Part shown: positions 59,929 to 64,000 of the stretch, in pieces | Layout of the letters: each line of letters begins with the position of its first letter | Numbering within the stretch: position 1 is the first letter of the stretch | Assembly: GCA_964560025.1 (NCBI GenBank) | Contig: CAZLKC010000002.1 | Location: forward strand, 11,602-75,601 | Direction: 5' to 3' | Source of the DNA: an uncultured Dehalococcoidia bacterium | Lineage (GTDB): Bacteria; Chloroflexota; Dehalococcoidia; Lucifugimonadales; Australimonadaceae | DNA: 64,000 bases | Notes under the pieces: model-generated | Told to the model about the DNA's origin: nothing | Seen by the model: only the letters and a program-made list of their open reading frames with translations | Database searches by the model: none | Program-made: the position numbers and the translations under genes

Positions 59929-61200
59929 CTACCCCCGCGCTGCGACGGCCACTACCCGCTCGAACACCTCGTTTCCTAGGAGGCGGCCGTGCTCGGTTAG
60001 GAGGGTGCGGCCGTCTTTGCGTGCTAGCAGGCCTAGGGCGGCGCACTCGGCTAGGGGGGCGGCGAAGCGGGCTTCGATGGGTTCGTTGAAGCGGGCGTGG
60101 AAGTCGGCGTCGGCTACGCCTTCGTTCAGGCGTAGCGCCATCATCAGGTAGTCGCCCATCGCCGCCGCGCGAGTGAGCGCCTCGCGCTCGGAGATTAGCG
60201 GCAACCGGGCGAGGGCGTCGGGAGCGCCTGCGCCGTCGGGCGACCAGCCCGCCGCTGCCTCTACGTAGGCGCGGGGGGAGCGGAGCGTGGCGAAGCGCGC
60301 GCCGTCGGCGCCCATCGCCTCCAACGCGGGGAGGCCGTTCGCCCACAGGTAGGAGTGGGCGCCGGGGCCTACGCCCAGGTAGGGGCGGCTTTGCCAGTAG
60401 GCGAGGTTGTGGAGGCTGGCGCGGCCAGGCTTCGCCCAGTTGGAGACCTCGTACTGGACGTACCCGGCGGCGGCCAGCATCTGCTGCGTGAGGCGGTACA
60501 TCTCAGCGCCGACGTCGGGGTCGGGCTCGCGGAGGCGTCCGGCGGCGACGTCGGCGGCCATGGGCGTGCCCTCCTCCAGCGTGAGCGCGTAGGCCGACAC
60601 GTGGTCGGGCGCGAGGGCGAGCGCTTCCTCCAGCGTGTGCTCCCACGACGCGACCAGTTGGCCGGGCAGGCCGAAGATGAGGTCGAGATTGAGGTTGTCG
60701 AACCCCGCCTCGCGCGCGGCGGCGACGCCCGCCTTGGCCTGCTCCGCGCTGTGGCGGCGGCCTAGCAGGCGCAGTTCCTCGTCGTCGAGCGACTGGACGC
60801 CGATGCTGACGCGGTTGAATCCGGCGCGGCGTATGGCGGCTAGGCGCTCGCGGACGGTGTCGCCGGGGTTGGCCTCGAGCGTTACCTCGGCGCCGCGCGG
60901 CAGGTCGAACGCGGCGCGGACGGCGCGCATCAGTCGCGTGAGGTCGCGCGTGGGCAGGTAGGAGGGCGTGCCGCCGCCGAAGAAGACGGAGCGCAGCGGC
61001 GGACGCTCCAGCGCCTTGCCCCACCCGGCGATCTCGTTGGCCAGTGCGCCTACGTAGGAGGGCATCAGCGCCTCGATGCCCGCGTAGGTGTTGAAGTCGC
61101 AGTAGGGGCACTTGGTCTCGCAGAAGGGGATATGGACGTAGAGCGCCAGCCCGGAGGGCGCGGGAGCGCGGGCGGCGGTCTTGCGGGCGGCGTCGGCCAT
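59929..61200 (-). CDS. hemW: Radical SAM HemN-like protein (heme chaperone HemW type)
   Basis: 423 aa. YVHIPFCETKCPYCDF radical-SAM CxxxCxxC, GGGTPS. Confidence 0.85.
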   Translation of the reverse strand: MADAARKTAARAPAPSGLALYVHIPFCETKCPYCDFNTYAGIEALMPSYVGALANEIAGWGKALERPPLRSVFFGGGTPSYLPTRDLTRLMRAVRAAFDLPRGAEVTLEANPGDTVRERLAAIRRAGFNRVSIGVQSLDDEELRLLGRRHSAEQAKAGVAAAREAGFDNLNLDLIFGLPGQLVASWEHTLEEALALAPDHVSAYALTLEEGTPMAADVAAGRLREPDPDVGAEMYRLTQQMLAAAGYVQYEVSNWAKPGRASLHNLAYWQSRPYLGVGPGAHSYLWANGLPALEAMGADGARFATLRSPRAYVEAAAGWSPDGAGAPDALARLPLISEREALTRAAAMGDYLMMALRLNEGVADADFHARFNEPIEARFAAPLAECAALGLLARKDGRTLLTEHGRLLGNEVFERVVAVAARG

Positions 61201-61238
61201 AGGCGCGGATTATAGGCGCGCGCTTCGTCTGCGCCGCC

Positions 61239-62321
61239 TCACACGTTGAAGAGGAAGTTGACCACGTCGCCGTCGCGCATCGGATACTGCTTGCCCTCCT
61301 GGCGCAGCAGCCCGGCGCGGCGCGCCTCGGCGAACCCGCCCGCGCGCATCAGGTCGTCGTAGGCGGTAACCTCGGCGCGGATGAAGCCGCGTTGGATGTC
61401 GGTGTGAATCTTGCCCGCCGCTTCCACCGCCGGAGCGCCGTCGGGAACCGTCCACGCGCGCGTCTCGTCCTCCCCCGTGGTCAGGAAGGAAACGAGGCCC
61501 AGCAGGCGGTAGCAGAGGCGCACCATCCGGTCGAGGCCCGGTTCGCCCGCGCCGAGCGACGCGCGGAACTCCGCCTCGTCCTCCGGCGCCATCTGCGCCA
61601 ACTCCATCTCCAACTTGCCGCACAGCGCGATGGCCGCCACGCCGGGCACGGTCAGGCGCTCGGTCAGCGCAGCTTCGGCCTCCGCCTTGCCCACATCCTC
61701 CTCGCCGATGTTGAAGACCGCCATCAGCGGCTTGGCCGTGAGCAGTTGGAAGTTCTCGAGCAAGCGGCGTTCTCCCGCGTCCAGCGCCTGCTCGCGGACG
61801 GCGACGCCCGCCTCGAGCGCGGCGCGCACGCGCTCGACGAGCGCCGCCTCGCGCGTTAGGGCGTCGCGCTCGCCGGCTTTGGCGGCGCGGAGCTGCTTGG
61901 CGATGCGCTCGGCGCGCCGTTCGAGGAGGAGGAGGTCAGAGAAGGTCAGCTCCGTCTGCATCGTCTCGGCGTCGCGGATGGGGTCAACGACGCCGCCGGG
62001 CGCGGGGGCGGAGGGGTCGTCGAAGGCGCGCGCGACCAGCAGCAGCGCCTCGCAGCGCTGGAGCGTGTTGAGGTGGACGCCGTCGATTCCGCCCTCGACG
62101 CCGCCGGGCGCGTCGACGTAGGACACCTCGGCGGGGACGACGCGCTTGGAGCGGGTCATCTCCGCCAGCACGGCGAGGCGCGGGTCGGGCACCTTGACCA
62201 CGCCCACGTTGGGCTGGCGGCCGGGCGCGCGGAAGGAGGCGACCTCCGCCCGCCCGCGCGTTACGGCGTTGAAGACGGTGGTCTTGCCGCTCTGCGGCAG
62301 TCCGATGACGCCGATGGCCAA
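61239..62321 (-). CDS. ychF: Redox-regulated ATPase YchF
   Basis: 360 aa. GVIGLPQSGKTTVFNA ... C-terminal GKQYPMRDGDVVNFLFNV. Confidence 0.95.
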   Translation of the reverse strand: MAIGVIGLPQSGKTTVFNAVTRGRAEVASFRAPGRQPNVGVVKVPDPRLAVLAEMTRSKRVVPAEVSYVDAPGGVEGGIDGVHLNTLQRCEALLLVARAFDDPSAPAPGGVVDPIRDAETMQTELTFSDLLLLERRAERIAKQLRAAKAGERDALTREAALVERVRAALEAGVAVREQALDAGERRLLENFQLLTAKPLMAVFNIGEEDVGKAEAEAALTERLTVPGVAAIALCGKLEMELAQMAPEDEAEFRASLGAGEPGLDRMVRLCYRLLGLVSFLTTGEDETRAWTVPDGAPAVEAAGKIHTDIQRGFIRAEVTAYDDLMRAGGFAEARRAGLLRQEGKQYPMRDGDVVNFLFNV

Positions 62322-62476
62322 CGCTCGATGCCTCCTTGGCGGGGCTGTCCGCGCCGCTTATCAAGAGCATACGCCGCGCGCGCCGTCCCGCGCCGTTGAC
62401 CGCAGGGGCGCGGCGGCGTAGATTTGCGAATCACGCCGCACCGTATGAGAACGCGGAGGCGGCGTGAGGCTGCCCT

Positions 62477-63514
62477 ATGGTCTTGAACGACCGCCGCCAA
62501 GCAATCCTCGAGCTCATCGTCGACGACTACATCCAGACGGCGGCGCCCGTCGCCTCCCAGCAGATCGCGCGCCGCCACTCGCTGCGCGTCAGCGCCGCCA
62601 CGGTGCGCAACGACATGGCGGAACTGGAGGAGATGGGCTACATTCGCCGCCCCCACTCGTCGGCGGGCGGCGTCCCCGCCGACCTGGGCTACCGCTTCTA
62701 CGTGGAGCAGGCGGTGGTGGACGACCGCCCTCCCGCGCACTTGGAGGCGCTGGCGGGGCAGGCGCTCCACGACCTGGAGGCGGGCGACGCCGACCGGATG
62801 GCGCGGGAGGCCGCCGCCGTGCTCTCCCTCGCCATACGCAACGCCGCTGTGGCGACCGCTCCCCGCGCCTACGACACGCGCCTCAAGCAGTTGCAGTTGG
62901 TGCACCTGAAGGAGGGTCAAGCGCTGCTGGTGGTGGTGCTGCAAGAGGCGCGGGTGCTCCAGCACCTCATCCACTTCGACCAGCCCGTCGACCAACTCGC
63001 GCTCACGCAGACCGCCAACCGGCTGAACACCCTCTTCGAGGGCGCGTCGGCGCCGGAGATGCGCGCGCTCTGGGCGGACGAGCCGCGCGACGCCGCCGCC
63101 GACGGTATCGTCCAGGAGGCGATTCGCCTGCTGGAGGAGGAGAACGGCGCGCTGTCGCAGCACCTCTACGTGGACGGGCTGCGCCATATGCTCGCGCAAC
63201 CGGAGTTCGCGGACGGCGGACGCGCGCGGGAGGCGGTGGAGGCGTTGGAGGACCGCGATCAGGTGAGCAAGGCGTTGGAGGAGGAGTTGCCGGAGGGCGC
63301 GGTGCGCGTCATCATCGGCGGCGAGAACGCCTCGGAGCGGATGCGCCGCTACAGCGTCATCATCTCGCGCTACGGCAGGCCCGGGCGCGACGCGGGGACG
63401 CTCGCCGTCATCGGCCCGACGCGCCTCGACTACGCCCGCGCCATCGCCTCCGTCCGTTACCTCTCCGCCTTTATGACGCGCCTCATCGAGAGCCTCGACG
63501 GCCCCGCCGCCTAG
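62477..63514 (+). CDS. hrcA: Heat-inducible transcription repressor
   Basis: 345 aa. LNDRRQAILELIVDDYIQTAAPVASQQI...SAATVRNDMAELEEMGYI..PHSSAGGVP. Confidence 0.9.
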   Translation: MVLNDRRQAILELIVDDYIQTAAPVASQQIARRHSLRVSAATVRNDMAELEEMGYIRRPHSSAGGVPADLGYRFYVEQAVVDDRPPAHLEALAGQALHDLEAGDADRMAREAAAVLSLAIRNAAVATAPRAYDTRLKQLQLVHLKEGQALLVVVLQEARVLQHLIHFDQPVDQLALTQTANRLNTLFEGASAPEMRALWADEPRDAAADGIVQEAIRLLEEENGALSQHLYVDGLRHMLAQPEFADGGRAREAVEALEDRDQVSKALEEELPEGAVRVIIGGENASERMRRYSVIISRYGRPGRDAGTLAVIGPTRLDYARAIASVRYLSAFMTRLIESLDGPAA

Positions 63515-63598
63515 CGCCGCCGCGCCTTTGGCGGATTGTAGCGCGCTACGCCCGCGTGGTAGCGTAGCCGCGAGTGCGCCCGCCGCGCTCAGAGTGCC

Positions 63599-64000
63599 AT
63601 GGCAACCAAACGCGACTACTACGAGGTGCTCGGCGTCTCCCGCTCCGCTACGGAGGAGGAGGTGCGCCGCGCTTTCCGCCGCCAGGCGATGGAGCACCAT
63701 CCCGACAGGAACAAGTCGGAGCAGGCGGGGGAGCGCTTCCGCGAGATAAACGAGGCGTACCAAGTGCTCAGCGACGCGGAGCGCCGGCGCCAGTACGACC
63801 GCTTCGGCCACGCGGGCGTGGGGTCGGCGGCGGGCGGCGGGCGCGGCGCGGACGACTTCAGCGACCTCTTCGGCGGCATCGGCGACATCTTCGAGTCCTT
63901 CTTCGGCGGCGGGCGCAGCCGCGCGCAGCCGGGCCGCGATCTCCAGACGATGCTCTCCCTCGCGTTCGAGGAAGCGGTGTTCGGCGCTAGGAAGGAGATC
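63599..64000 (+). CDS. dnaJ: Molecular chaperone DnaJ (N-terminal part, runs off the window)
   Basis: [38 protein letters not shown] (J domain HPD) followed by a G/F-rich region. Confidence 0.95.
   Translation, partial: MATKRDYYEVLGVSRSATEEEVRRAFRRQAMEHHPDRNKSEQAGERFREINEAYQVLSDAERRRQYDRFGHAGVGSAAGGGRGADDFSDLFGGIGDIFESFFGGGRSRAQPGRDLQTMLSLAFEEAVFGARKEI

Overview
This is a high-GC bacterial chromosomal segment, roughly 70% GC by eye (not computed). The gene content and REP-type repeats resemble Chloroflexota/Thermomicrobia-like or actinobacterial genomes, but that taxon is a guess. I support about 60 protein genes. The housekeeping backbone is tilS, tsaD, thiS-thiE-thiG, lhr, fabI, a hadAB-like/plsX/fabG fatty-acid cluster, an acyl-CoA carboxyltransferase, an icd-like gene plus mdh, argJ-argB, a UPF0182 gene, selB, aconitase, hemW, ychF, hrcA and dnaJ. 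Many neighbouring genes overlap by 4 nt (GTGA/ATGA). Visibly lower-GC accessory patches interrupt this backbone: (i) a Dam-like MTase plus an unclassified nuclease-like ORF wedged between the ATPase and permease of one ABC importer; (ii) an MT-A70 MTase plus a frameshifted MunI/EcoRI-like endonuclease; (iii) a beta-class DNA MTase fused to a C-terminal HNH nuclease, followed by a DUF4258/DUF2283 pair; (iv) a divergent NYN-RNase/NurA-nuclease pair with no HerA; (v) four tandem C-C hydrolase paralogs; (vi) a single-gene low-GC MATE/MOP transporter island. Non-coding signals: a REP-like hairpin family (at least 9 copies); a 116-bp duplication of the tsaD promoter and 5' end bracketing a sigma-region-4-only gene; and a 100-bp 'promoter + REP' module present twice, next to 300-500 bp non-coding tracts with helically phased short repeats (candidate ncRNA or long leader). 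I recognised no rRNA, tRNA, CRISPR array, transposase or integrase. Many long ORFs in the track are Arg/Ala/Pro-rich high-GC artefacts and were not called.
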